From the NCBI GenBank assembly GCA_015659035.1, contig DQNS01000028.1, forward strand, positions 8,711-72,710: DNA of 64,000 bases, in the 5' to 3' direction. A model generated the notes under the pieces. That model was not told the origin of the DNA, made no database searches, and saw only the letters and a program-made list of their open reading frames with translations. This DNA is from Acidobacteriota bacterium (GTDB lineage: Bacteria > Acidobacteriota > Vicinamibacteria > Vicinamibacterales > UBA8438). Positions 9,505-18,303 of the stretch are shown here, piece by piece. Numbering within the stretch: position 1 is the stretch's first letter; each line of letters opens with the position of its first letter. Both the position numbers and the translations under genes were made by a program.

Positions 9505-10572
9505 TTACGGCGGTTCCAGATTTCCGTCCAGCTCGACCACGGCGCCGCCGAACCGCATGTCGGTCATCGTGACGCGGAAGCCGTCATCCTGCGGTTCGAT
9601 CCTGAAAGTGGGGAACCGGGTCCAGGTGGCGAACCCCTTCAGGTTCGGTGCCGCCAGCGCAGCGGCGGCCGCCGGGTGGTCGTCGCCGATCGCGGTCCCC
9701 GGTCCACGTGGGCGCACGCGTTCCGGAGCGAGCCAGTCGAACGTCAGCCGATGATAGTGAAGGTCGTCTGCGATCAGCACGTCACGCCGAAACGGGTCGG
9801 CCGGCATCGGGCTCACCATGATCCGGTTCGGTTCGAATCCGCGGTCCCGGGCCCACTGCGCCACCTCCAGCCGCGCGAGCTGCGCGCCGCCGACCATCGA
9901 GGCGACGTAGAGCCCGACGAGTACCAGGCACACGCTCGCGACCTGCGGCAACCGGGGTTGAAGACCGCCCCAGACACGCAGGCCGGCGACCAGCGCCAGC
10001 CCGAGGCACCACAGAACCCGCAACGCGACCGGCATGCCGGGAACCCCGGTCACGAGCGTGGTGACGATCGCGCCCAGTGCAATCCACCCGGCGACCTGGA
10101 GCCGCGACCCGCTGTGCGCGAGCACCACGATGGTGCCCAGGAGCAGCCAGACCCACGGGTCGACGATGAACAGCGCATCGCCGTAGAACCAGCGTCCATC
10201 GAACGGCATCAGCAAACGGATGCCGTACGTGTTCATCCAGTCGAGCGCCGGGTGGGACAGCACCGCGATGTAGGCGAGCACAACGAGCCGGCCAAACGGG
10301 ACCGGTCTCGCCGCCGGTGTCCGGCTGCAACGGACCCGGTCGACCTGATGCATCACCCACGCGAGCAGCGGCGGCAGCACCGCCATCGCCAGCACACCAT
10401 GGGTCCAGCCCCGGCGGAACCCAAGCGCCAGGTCGCCGCCCAGGAAGTAGGTGGCGGCGTCGATGTCCGGCAGGTTGGCGCCGATGACGCACGTGGCGGT
10501 CCCGAGGCCCACGCGGCCGACCCGGGTCTCGGCCAGGCTGGCGCCAACGAGTGTGTGGGTCAGCGGGTCCAT
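9505..10572 (-). CDS. metal-dependent membrane hydrolase (YdjM/DUF457-like)
   Basis: Track ORF 9505..10650. The family-typical N-terminus MDPLTHTLVGASLA begins at ATG 10572. Several TM segments and an HPALDW motif are present. Confidence 0.7.
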   Translation of the reverse strand: MDPLTHTLVGASLAETRVGRVGLGTATCVIGANLPDIDAATYFLGGDLALGFRRGWTHGVLAMAVLPPLLAWVMHQVDRVRCSRTPAARPVPFGRLVVLAYIAVLSHPALDWMNTYGIRLLMPFDGRWFYGDALFIVDPWVWLLLGTIVVLAHSGSRLQVAGWIALGAIVTTLVTGVPGMPVALRVLWCLGLALVAGLRVWGGLQPRLPQVASVCLVLVGLYVASMVGGAQLARLEVAQWARDRGFEPNRIMVSPMPADPFRRDVLIADDLHYHRLTFDWLAPERVRPRGPGTAIGDDHPAAAAALAAPNLKGFATWTRFPTFRIEPQDDGFRVTMTDMRFGGAVVELDGNLEPP

Positions 10573-10580
10573 GGGGACGA

Positions 10581-10632
10581 AGGAGTCAGGAATCAGGAGG
10601 CAGGAGACAGGAGGAAACCGGAGGGGAGGAGA
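10581..10632 (-). repeat. family A tandem heptamers (CTCCTGT CTCCTGC CTCCTGA TTCCTGA on the minus strand) plus a GGAGG-rich tail
   Basis: Read directly. The array lies 9-45 nt upstream of ATG 10572, in the divergent region shared with proC. Confidence 0.7.
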
Positions 10633-10770
10633 CTGCGCCTCTCCCGGCATCGGTCGGAACTGGCCATCGTCGGCATGCCCTCGTCACTTGCGCGAAGGAT
10701 ACCGGAGTTCGCCGCCGCGAGACTGGCGAGTAAGATAAAGGATTCGATTCGCGACGGAAAGGAGCGGCTC

Positions 10771-11676
10771 TTGAAACGGTCCACGATACTGCACGACGTG
10801 CCGATCGCGTTCATCGGCGCCGGGGCGATGGGCGAGGCGATGATCGGCGGCCTCTTGCGGCACAAGCTCGTCGAGCCGAGCGCGATCACCGCCGCCGACC
10901 GGCACCCGGATCGGTTGAACGAGGTGGGCGATCTCTTCCATGTCCAGACGACACAGGACAATCGCATCGCCGCGCGCAAGGCCCGCATCGTCGTGCTGTC
11001 GGTCAAGCCGCAGGTCCTCACTGCGGTCTATGCCGACCTAAAAGGGGTGCTGCGGCCAAAGACGCTCGTGGTGTCGATCGTGGCGGGCGCCCGCATCGTG
11101 TCGATCGCCGCGGGCCTGGGTCACAAGGCGATCGTGCGGACGATGCCCAACACCCCGGCACAGGTGGGCGAAGGGATGACCGTGTGGACCGCGACAGACG
11201 CGGTGTCGGATGGGCAGCGGGAGCAGGCGGGCGCTATTCTGGGTGCGCTCGGGAAGCAGATCTACGTGCAAGACGAGGGATTTCTCGACAAGGCGACCGC
11301 TGTCAGTGGTAGCGGGCCGGCCTTTGTCTTTCTGTTGATGGAGGCGCTGATCGACGCCGCCGTGCATCTCGGGTGGTCGCGCGCCGACGCCCGGCAGATG
11401 GTCATCCAGACGGTGAAGGGCTCGGCGATATTCGCCGAGCGGTCCTCGGTGCATCCGGCCGAGATGCGGAACTTGGTGACGTCACCGGGCGGGACTAGCG
11501 CCGACGCGATCTATCAGCTCGAAAAGGGGGGGTTCCGGACGGTCCTGTCGAAGGCGGTGCTGGCCGCCTACCAGCGCAGCGTCGCGCTCGGCGCCCCCAA
11601 CGAAGACAAGGCCGCCCCGTCCGCGCCCCGCCCCAAGCGCAAGACGACACGCACGCCCCGCGCGAGGTGGCGGTAG
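10771..11676 (+). CDS. proC: pyrroline-5-carboxylate reductase
   Basis: C-terminal part of track ORF 9499..11676. Motifs: IAFIGAGAMGEAMIGGL (NADP site), LSVKPQ, TSPGGTSA. TTG 10771 follows an AAGGAG RBS at 6-nt spacing; ATG 10675 is an alternative start. The protein has an unusual basic tail, PKRKTTRTPRARWR. Confidence 0.8.
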   Translation: MKRSTILHDVPIAFIGAGAMGEAMIGGLLRHKLVEPSAITAADRHPDRLNEVGDLFHVQTTQDNRIAARKARIVVLSVKPQVLTAVYADLKGVLRPKTLVVSIVAGARIVSIAAGLGHKAIVRTMPNTPAQVGEGMTVWTATDAVSDGQREQAGAILGALGKQIYVQDEGFLDKATAVSGSGPAFVFLLMEALIDAAVHLGWSRADARQMVIQTVKGSAIFAERSSVHPAEMRNLVTSPGGTSADAIYQLEKGGFRTVLSKAVLAAYQRSVALGAPNEDKAAPSAPRPKRKTTRTPRARWR

Positions 11677-11688
11677 AAGCCTGAACCG

Positions 11689-11930
11689 CTACCTCGTCCC
11701 CTTGCCTTCCATGAAGAACTGCCCGCCGAAGTCGAAGGCCACGTCCAGGTCGTCGCCGTCCGGCTCGAGGGTCACCTCGACCGGAAGCTCTGCCCCTGCA
11801 CGTTGGCGTCATACTTCAGCACCAGGTCATCACCGGACTTGGTGATATCGGTGACCGTCTCGTTCCCCATGTAGTCGTTGGAGATGAGCGCCGCGACCAT
11901 ACCGCCGACGTTGGTCAGGTCGAGCCCCAT
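11689..11930 (-). pseudogene. small hypothetical gene with an apparent 1-nt deletion or -1 frameshift near 11782-11786
   Basis: MGLDLTNVGGMVAALISNDYMGNETVTDITKSGDDLVLKYDANVQGQSF runs into TGA at 11772. The -1 frame continues with the protein-like PVEVTLEPDGDDLDVAFDFGGQFFMEGKGTR* ending at TAG 11689-11691. Total length is 242 nt (3n+2). Confidence 0.45.
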
Positions 11931-12016
11931 CGCGAACTCACCCCGGCCCTCTTCTCCTTCGACAACGCGTGCCCCTTTCAGGGCAGGCAGAGGGAGCGGG
12001 GGAACCCGGAGCGCCG

Positions 12017-12814
12017 TTAGCTCCCAGGCTGGACGATCTCGATGGACACGTCGTCGGGGCCCATGACAAAGGAGATCTTCATCTCTTGCCCCAGCGCGTT
12101 CGTGAATGGGCGCGGCTCCATCGTGAACGCGACCCCCTTGCTCTTGATCTCGGCGGCGGCGGCGTCGAGGTCGGGGAAGCTCCAGCCAAGGTGGTCGATC
12201 GCCCGGCGCTGTGTCGTCGCCAGCGTGCCCTCGCGCAGTGGGGAGACCAGCAGCCAGGTGCCGCCGTAGCGCAGACCGTCGATTCGGCCCTTCAGGCTGT
12301 CGCTCTCTCCGCCGAAGATGTTCTCGTACCACGCGAGCGTGGCCTCGGGGTCGGGCGAGCTGAGATGGATGTGATGGAAACCCGGCCACTCGTGGTCTTC
12401 GACCACCTCGATGCGTGTGCCCCAGGGGTCGGTCAGGAACGCCAGCTTGAACAGGCCGGGGATGTCCCTGATCGGTTCGTCGGGGTTCTCGATGTCGAGG
12501 CCCGCTGCCTGCCACCCGGCCATCTTGGCCGTCAGGTCGCTGAACGAGAACCCGATGTGGTTCACGCCCGAACCAACGCTGCCGGCCTGTGGCTCACGCT
12601 CGAACCAGTAGAAATCAGTCGTGCCGACCCGACAGGCGCCCTCACGCCCGAAGTCCTCGCATCCCATGTGCTCGATGTACCAGGCGGCCGCGACCTTCGC
12701 GTCCGGCGCGGTCAGGTGCATGTGATGATAGTCGGTGGCGTTGGCGTCGGTCGGCAGCCCGACAACGGCGAACGTGACGACGGCGGTGGCGAACAGGACG
12801 TGTTTTGCGTTCAT
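12017..12814 (-). CDS. secreted two-domain VOC family (glyoxalase/dioxygenase-like) protein
   Basis: Track ORF 12017..12964. The signal peptide MNAKHVLFATAVVTFAVVGLP starts at ATG 12814. Duplicated metal motifs: HHMHLTAPD and FHHIHLSSPD. Confidence 0.75.
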   Translation of the reverse strand: MNAKHVLFATAVVTFAVVGLPTDANATDYHHMHLTAPDAKVAAAWYIEHMGCEDFGREGACRVGTTDFYWFEREPQAGSVGSGVNHIGFSFSDLTAKMAGWQAAGLDIENPDEPIRDIPGLFKLAFLTDPWGTRIEVVEDHEWPGFHHIHLSSPDPEATLAWYENIFGGESDSLKGRIDGLRYGGTWLLVSPLREGTLATTQRRAIDHLGWSFPDLDAAAAEIKSKGVAFTMEPRPFTNALGQEMKISFVMGPDDVSIEIVQPGS

Positions 12815-12854
12815 GATTCGATCCTCATCGTGGCGAACCCCACAGGCTGCTGAA

Positions 12855-12905
12855 GAAAGCGGCGAAGCGATTCCGCCTTCGCCGAGGCTACGGCGGACAG
12901 GCCTG
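12855..12905. repeat. GGCGAAG-N9-CTTCGCC hairpin module, copy 1
   Basis: gaaagcGGCGAAGcgattccgcCTTCGCCgaggctacggcggacaggcc is about 80% identical by eye to the copy at 20113-20160. Confidence 0.6.
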
Positions 12906-12975
12906 TCTCCTGAGAGCGCTTCTAGCGAGAGATTCACTTCGTTGACACTCCCTCCAGGCAGCACATTACACGGGG

Positions 12976-13068
12976 CTACTTCTTCTTGCCGACGAGCACG
13001 AACACCATCAGGATGTGGAGGACAAAGGCGCCGACGCCGGTGATGAGGAACAAGAGGATCGGGTTCAT
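12976..13068 (-). CDS. 30-aa hydrophobic micro-protein (single TM helix, C-terminal KKK)
   Basis: Below the ORF-track size cutoff. ATG 13068 is preceded by GGAGACC at about -13. Translation: MNPILLFLITGVGAFVLHILMVFVLVGKKK*. Confidence 0.35.
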   Translation of the reverse strand: MNPILLFLITGVGAFVLHILMVFVLVGKKK

Positions 13069-13184
13069 CTACTAGGTCTCCGTCAGTGCCGCACGCCTGG
13101 CACCGGACATTCTACCAATCCCGGCGTGCCCAGTGGTAGCCGGGTCCTTTCCGCCGCCGTTCGCCGCCGATACCTGACGGCGAA

Positions 13185-14216
<1,032 letters not shown>

Positions 14217-14300
14217 TCACGAGACACACGAACCGACGTGCAGAAATCCGCTTACGGAGTAATGCCATAATGAGGGCTGGCGGCAGATTGGCGGGGGACG

Positions 14301-15158
14301 ATGACGAAGCTCGATCAGTTCCAGTCCGTGTTCCTGGCGGCCGACAAGACCGCCCTTCGCTACGAGAAGATCGGGGTCGAACACGTCCTGGTCGTCAGCG
14401 ACCGCGATGGCGACGCCGCCGGGGAGCTGTTGAACCGGATGCGGGCCTTCCTGTCGGTCATCGACGACGAAGAGACCCGTTGGGCGCGACTGGACGGCGG
14501 AGGGTTCTCGAGCGTGAAGCAGCTCCTCGACACCGTCGATGAGCAGGCACCCGATCTGATCGTCACCTACCGCCATCTGCATTCCTCGGCCTGGCAGTGG
14601 CCCCACAGCCTCGGCGAGTACCTCGACGTCCTCACCCAGGCGACACGCGTACCGGTGGTCGTCCTCCCGCATCCCGATGCCGCGCGTGCCCTGCCCCATA
14701 CCCTGGAGCACACCGAGCGCGTCATGGCGATCACCGATCACCTCAGCGGAGACGACCGGCTCGTGAACTACGCGCTCGGCTTCACACAGCCCGGCGGAAG
14801 CTGCTGGTTCACCCACGTGGAGTCGCTGGCGGCCTTCGACCACTACCTGGACGTCATCTCGAAGATTCCCGAGATCGATACCGAGTCTGCGCGCGAGCTG
14901 ATCGAGAGGCAGCTCCTCAAGGGGCCGCGCGACTACATCGAATCGTGCCGGCGCCAGATCGCCGAGCAGCACCTGCCCTTCGAGATCGGTGAGATCGTCA
15001 CCATGGGCCGGCGCCTTGGCGAATATCGCAAACTGATCGCAGAGCACCGCGTGGACCTGCTCGTGATCAACACCATGGACGACGACCAGCTCGCGATGCA
15101 CGGCCTCGCCTACCCGCTGGCCGTTGAGCTGCGGCAGATCCCGCTGCTGATGCTGTGA
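14301..15158 (+). CDS. tandem universal stress protein (UspA) domain protein
   Basis: 285 aa with two Usp-like halves (..DLIVTYRH.. and ..VDLLVINTM..). The stop overlaps the next gene's start (GTGA). Confidence 0.7.
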   Translation: MTKLDQFQSVFLAADKTALRYEKIGVEHVLVVSDRDGDAAGELLNRMRAFLSVIDDEETRWARLDGGGFSSVKQLLDTVDEQAPDLIVTYRHLHSSAWQWPHSLGEYLDVLTQATRVPVVVLPHPDAARALPHTLEHTERVMAITDHLSGDDRLVNYALGFTQPGGSCWFTHVESLAAFDHYLDVISKIPEIDTESARELIERQLLKGPRDYIESCRRQIAEQHLPFEIGEIVTMGRRLGEYRKLIAEHRVDLLVINTMDDDQLAMHGLAYPLAVELRQIPLLML

Positions 15159-16534
15159 CCGACGACCCCCATAGCGTTTCGGGCGCCGTGACCGTCGGGT
15201 TCGCCCTGCTGCTCGTCGCGATGATCCTGTGCCTGGCCCTCGAGGAGAAGCTTCACGCCAAGAAGTCGGTGATCGTCGCGGTCTTCGCCGTGGCCTGCCT
15301 GCTGCTCGGCGGCCTGCTCCATCTGCTGCCCTTCGAGGAGATGGTGGTCGTCGTGGGCGAAGAGCGCATCGAGCTGCCGATCTATATCCCCGCCATCAAC
15401 TGGGGGGTCGTCGCGATCATCCTCGGTTCGTCGCTGTTCGTCGACATTACCTCGAAATCGGGACTGTTCACCTGGATCGCCATCGTCCTGACGAAGACCT
15501 CGAGGGGCGATCCCCTCAGGCTCCTGATCTTCTACGGCGTGATGACCGTGGCCTTCTCGGCGGTCCTCAACAACGTCACCGCGATGATCATCGTCGGGTC
15601 GCTGACGGCGGTGTCACTCGGCCGTCTGGGCATCGGCGACAAGTTGCTGGGCTTCCTCCTCGTCGAGGGTCTGCTCACCAACGTGGGCGGGCTGCTCACC
15701 CTGATCAGCTCGGTCCCCAACATCATCGTCGGCAACGCGGCGGGTATCACGTTCATGACCTTTTTCGTAAAAGCGATGCCGTACGTGGTGGTCGTGACCG
15801 GAATCACGATCTGGCTCGGCGCGAGGGTCTTCAAGATTCGATCCCTCGCCGGCGACGAGGCGCGCAGCGAGGCGGCACGGCTGGTATCGGGCTTCGACGA
15901 GAACGACGGCATCGAGTCGCGCTTCAAGTTCAACTTCGGTGCCGTGATGCTTGGCGCCTTCATCGTCACGATCGCAGCCGCCTCCATCCCGGACACCGTC
16001 CTGAATTCCCTTGGGATGGGCTACGTCGCCCTGTCGTTCGCGGTGATCATGCTCGTGCAGTACAAGTCAATCGCCGACCGCTTCTACCAGGCCGTCGACT
16101 GGGACCTGCTGGCCTTCTTCGGAGCGCTGTTTGTCGTCATCAACGTAATGGAGCACGCCCAGGTGCTGGCACTGATCGGTCGCGGACTGGCACCGATCCT
16201 GGAACTTGGCGAGACGGTTGGCCCCGCAACGATGCTGTTCAGCTCGGCGGTCGCCAGCTCCGTCACCGACAACATCCCCCTGGCGGCGATGCTGGCGCAG
16301 ATCCTGGGCAACCTGGACCTCGCGGCAGACTCCCCCTACTGGTGGGCCGTGATCTTCGGCGCGAACCTCGGTGGCAACATCACGCCGATCGGCTCGGCGT
16401 CGACCCTGGTCGCGGTCACCATCATCCACAAGCATGGCCTGGAGCTCTCCTTCGCGGGCTTCGTGCGGGCGGCACTCCCCTTCGCCGCGCTGCAGCTGGT
16501 GTTGGCAGCCGGTTACGTGCTGTGGGTCTTGTGA
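15155..16534 (+). CDS. ArsB/NhaD superfamily ion transporter (citrate-transporter-like permease)
   Basis: 459 aa and polytopic. The duplicated SVPNIIVG / GANLGGNITPIGSAS hairpin motifs are typical of the IT superfamily. Confidence 0.75.
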   Translation: MTDDPHSVSGAVTVGFALLLVAMILCLALEEKLHAKKSVIVAVFAVACLLLGGLLHLLPFEEMVVVVGEERIELPIYIPAINWGVVAIILGSSLFVDITSKSGLFTWIAIVLTKTSRGDPLRLLIFYGVMTVAFSAVLNNVTAMIIVGSLTAVSLGRLGIGDKLLGFLLVEGLLTNVGGLLTLISSVPNIIVGNAAGITFMTFFVKAMPYVVVVTGITIWLGARVFKIRSLAGDEARSEAARLVSGFDENDGIESRFKFNFGAVMLGAFIVTIAAASIPDTVLNSLGMGYVALSFAVIMLVQYKSIADRFYQAVDWDLLAFFGALFVVINVMEHAQVLALIGRGLAPILELGETVGPATMLFSSAVASSVTDNIPLAAMLAQILGNLDLAADSPYWWAVIFGANLGGNITPIGSASTLVAVTIIHKHGLELSFAGFVRAALPFAALQLVLAAGYVLWVL

Positions 16535-17988
16535 CCCTCAACCGTTGGAGGTGAGAATGGCCTCGCGCTCGCGTGCGAGCGATACCGACGCAGGATGAGA
16601 TGGTCGAGCTCGCCTGCCGGTAACGACCGATACTCGCTGGTGCCGGCGAAGAACGCCAGACCGAGGCCGACCCAGAAGGCCAGGGCAATCCAGGACGGCG
16701 TGGCCATGAAGCCCGGCATGCCGGGCGCCGATAGTAGCACGATGAAACCGACCGAGAGTGCGGCGCCAACCAGGGCGTATCGGCGACCCCCCGGGCCGGT
16801 GTCGACCTGGCCGGTTTGTGCGAGCCGGGCGGCGGCAAGACAGGTGTAGAAGTAGCCGAACGCGGTGCCCAGCGCCGCCATGTCGACCACCCAGACGATC
16901 ACCTCGCGGCCAAACCACGGGGCGGCGAGCGAGACGACCCCAACGAAGAGGATGGCGTTGGCGGGGGTGTGGTGTGTGGGGTGGATCTCGGCGAACCAGG
17001 AGGGCAGCAGCTTCGCCCGCCCCATGCCGAACAGCAGCCGGCTCGAGGCCATGAAGAAGCCGTTGATCCCGGTAAACACCGCCATGGTCACCGCCAGGGC
17101 GAGACACGTCAGCCCGACCACGCCCAGACTCTCGCGCACGGTGGTGCCGGTGGCCCAGAGCGGTTCGCCGGCCACCAGGTCCTGCCACGGCATCACCGAG
17201 GCGGTTGCCAGGATTACGACCGCATACATGACGGCCCCGGCACCGATGGAGAGCACCATGAGCCGGAGCCCCTGACGCGGCGAGAAGTCGAACTCCTCGG
17301 CCGCCTGCGGCAAGGTGTCGAAGCCGACGTAGAGCCAGGGGGCGATCGCCAGCATCGCCAGAACCCCCGCCAGTGGGCCGCGGTCGGGCGCGAAGTAGGG
17401 CTGGAGGTTCAGTGCTGAGGCTGCCCCCGAGACGGGCGTCCCGAGCCCGACGACCAGGACGCCGCCCACCAGCAACGCGGTCATGCCCACCTGGAGGTGG
17501 CCGACGCTGCGCACGCCGCGTATCTGGAACAGACCGATGCCGACGATGGCCGCGCTGCCCAGCAGGATCTCGCCGGCGAACACCTCGAAGCCGGCCACCG
17601 TGTAGAGATACCCGCGCGCGAAGAGCTGCGGCGCGACGAACTTGCCGAGGACCGCCAGCGCCGTGGCGTTGAGCGGGACGATGCTCAGATACCCCAGCGC
17701 CAGGAACCAGCCGCAGACGTAGGCGTGGTAGCGCCCGCAGGCGTGATAGGCGTAGGCGAACTCGGCGCCGGCGACCGGAAACGCCCGCACCATCACCCCG
17801 TAGCTGCGCGCGATGATGAGCATCGCCGCCCCGCCGAGCAGCACCCCCAGTGTGGCGCCGAGCGGGCCGGCGGTGATCAGGAAATCGCCGGGGAGCACGA
17901 AGCAGCCGAACCCGATGATGCAGCCGAGCGCCAGCGCACCGACCTGCAGCGGCTTCAGGGTCGGGCTGAGCGTGGGACGGTCCGACAT
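16513..17988 (-). CDS. APC family amino acid/polyamine permease
   Basis: 491 aa with about 12 TM segments. GCIIGFGCFVLPG and AFPVAGAEFAYAY motifs. Confidence 0.8.
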   Translation of the reverse strand: MSDRPTLSPTLKPLQVGALALGCIIGFGCFVLPGDFLITAGPLGATLGVLLGGAAMLIIARSYGVMVRAFPVAGAEFAYAYHACGRYHAYVCGWFLALGYLSIVPLNATALAVLGKFVAPQLFARGYLYTVAGFEVFAGEILLGSAAIVGIGLFQIRGVRSVGHLQVGMTALLVGGVLVVGLGTPVSGAASALNLQPYFAPDRGPLAGVLAMLAIAPWLYVGFDTLPQAAEEFDFSPRQGLRLMVLSIGAGAVMYAVVILATASVMPWQDLVAGEPLWATGTTVRESLGVVGLTCLALAVTMAVFTGINGFFMASSRLLFGMGRAKLLPSWFAEIHPTHHTPANAILFVGVVSLAAPWFGREVIVWVVDMAALGTAFGYFYTCLAAARLAQTGQVDTGPGGRRYALVGAALSVGFIVLLSAPGMPGFMATPSWIALAFWVGLGLAFFAGTSEYRSLPAGELDHLILRRYRSHASARPFSPPTVEGHKTHST

Positions 17989-18029
17989 CGGAATCGATCG
18001 AGGCGCTTGCTGAAAGGGCGCTCCAGTTT

Positions 18030-18079
18030 TCGCCCTCTCCCTCGGGGTGAGGGCCGGCCCTTCGGGGTGATCATCACCC
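18030..18079 (+). repeat. REP-like element (CCCTCTCCCTCGGGGTGAGGGCC) followed by the GGGTGAT-C-ATCACCC palindrome
   Basis: Read directly. Same family as 20041, 24611, 38008, 45090 and 49602. Confidence 0.6.
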
Positions 18080-18217
18080 GACGAGACGGAATCCGGTCGA
18101 GGCGAACTTGATCGCGACCTTGCGATCCAGCTGCGTGTCGTCGGCGAGAAACACCTCGCCCATACCGCCTTTACCGAGGCTGGAGAGGATGCGGTAACGG
18201 GGTAAGGAGGCGCTCAT
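18074..18217 (-). pseudogene. N-terminal stub (47 aa) of a Ser/Thr protein kinase
   Basis: [38 protein letters not shown] carries the glycine loop and the VAIK lysine. It then reads ASTGFRLVG* and ends inside the REP-like element. No kinase catalytic core follows. Confidence 0.6.
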
Positions 18218-18218
18218 T

Positions 18219-18303
18219 GGCTACAGGCTTCAGGCACTCTGGGTCGTCCTTGATCAAACGCTCCCTTCCGGTGATCTTCTGTCTCCTGCCTCCTGTCTCC
18301 TTT
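18219..18303 (+). repeat. family B heptamers (GCTACAG GCTTCAG, 18219-18236) and family A heptamers (CTTCTGT CTCCTGC CTCCTGT CTCCTTT, 18275-18303)
   Basis: Read directly. Confidence 0.65.

Noticed and set aside
9826-9845. GGTTCGAATCC, a tRNA T-loop-like string.
   Set aside because: It lies inside the hydrolase CDS, where it encodes ..GFEPNR.. on the other strand. The flanks do not form T, acceptor or anticodon stems.
9499-10770. First roughly 424 codons of the 725-aa plus-strand ORF that ends as ProC.
   Set aside because: This part is antisense to the YdjM-like hydrolase gene and reads as low-complexity Arg/Pro/His sequence. ProC homology begins only near 10771.
11772-11774. TGA in the small gene 11689..11930 considered as a second selenocysteine codon.
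   Set aside because: In-frame read-through gives non-protein-like sequence (PSSRTATTWTWPSTSAGSSSW...). A one-base frame change gives a far better continuation, there is no redox motif, and no hairpin follows.
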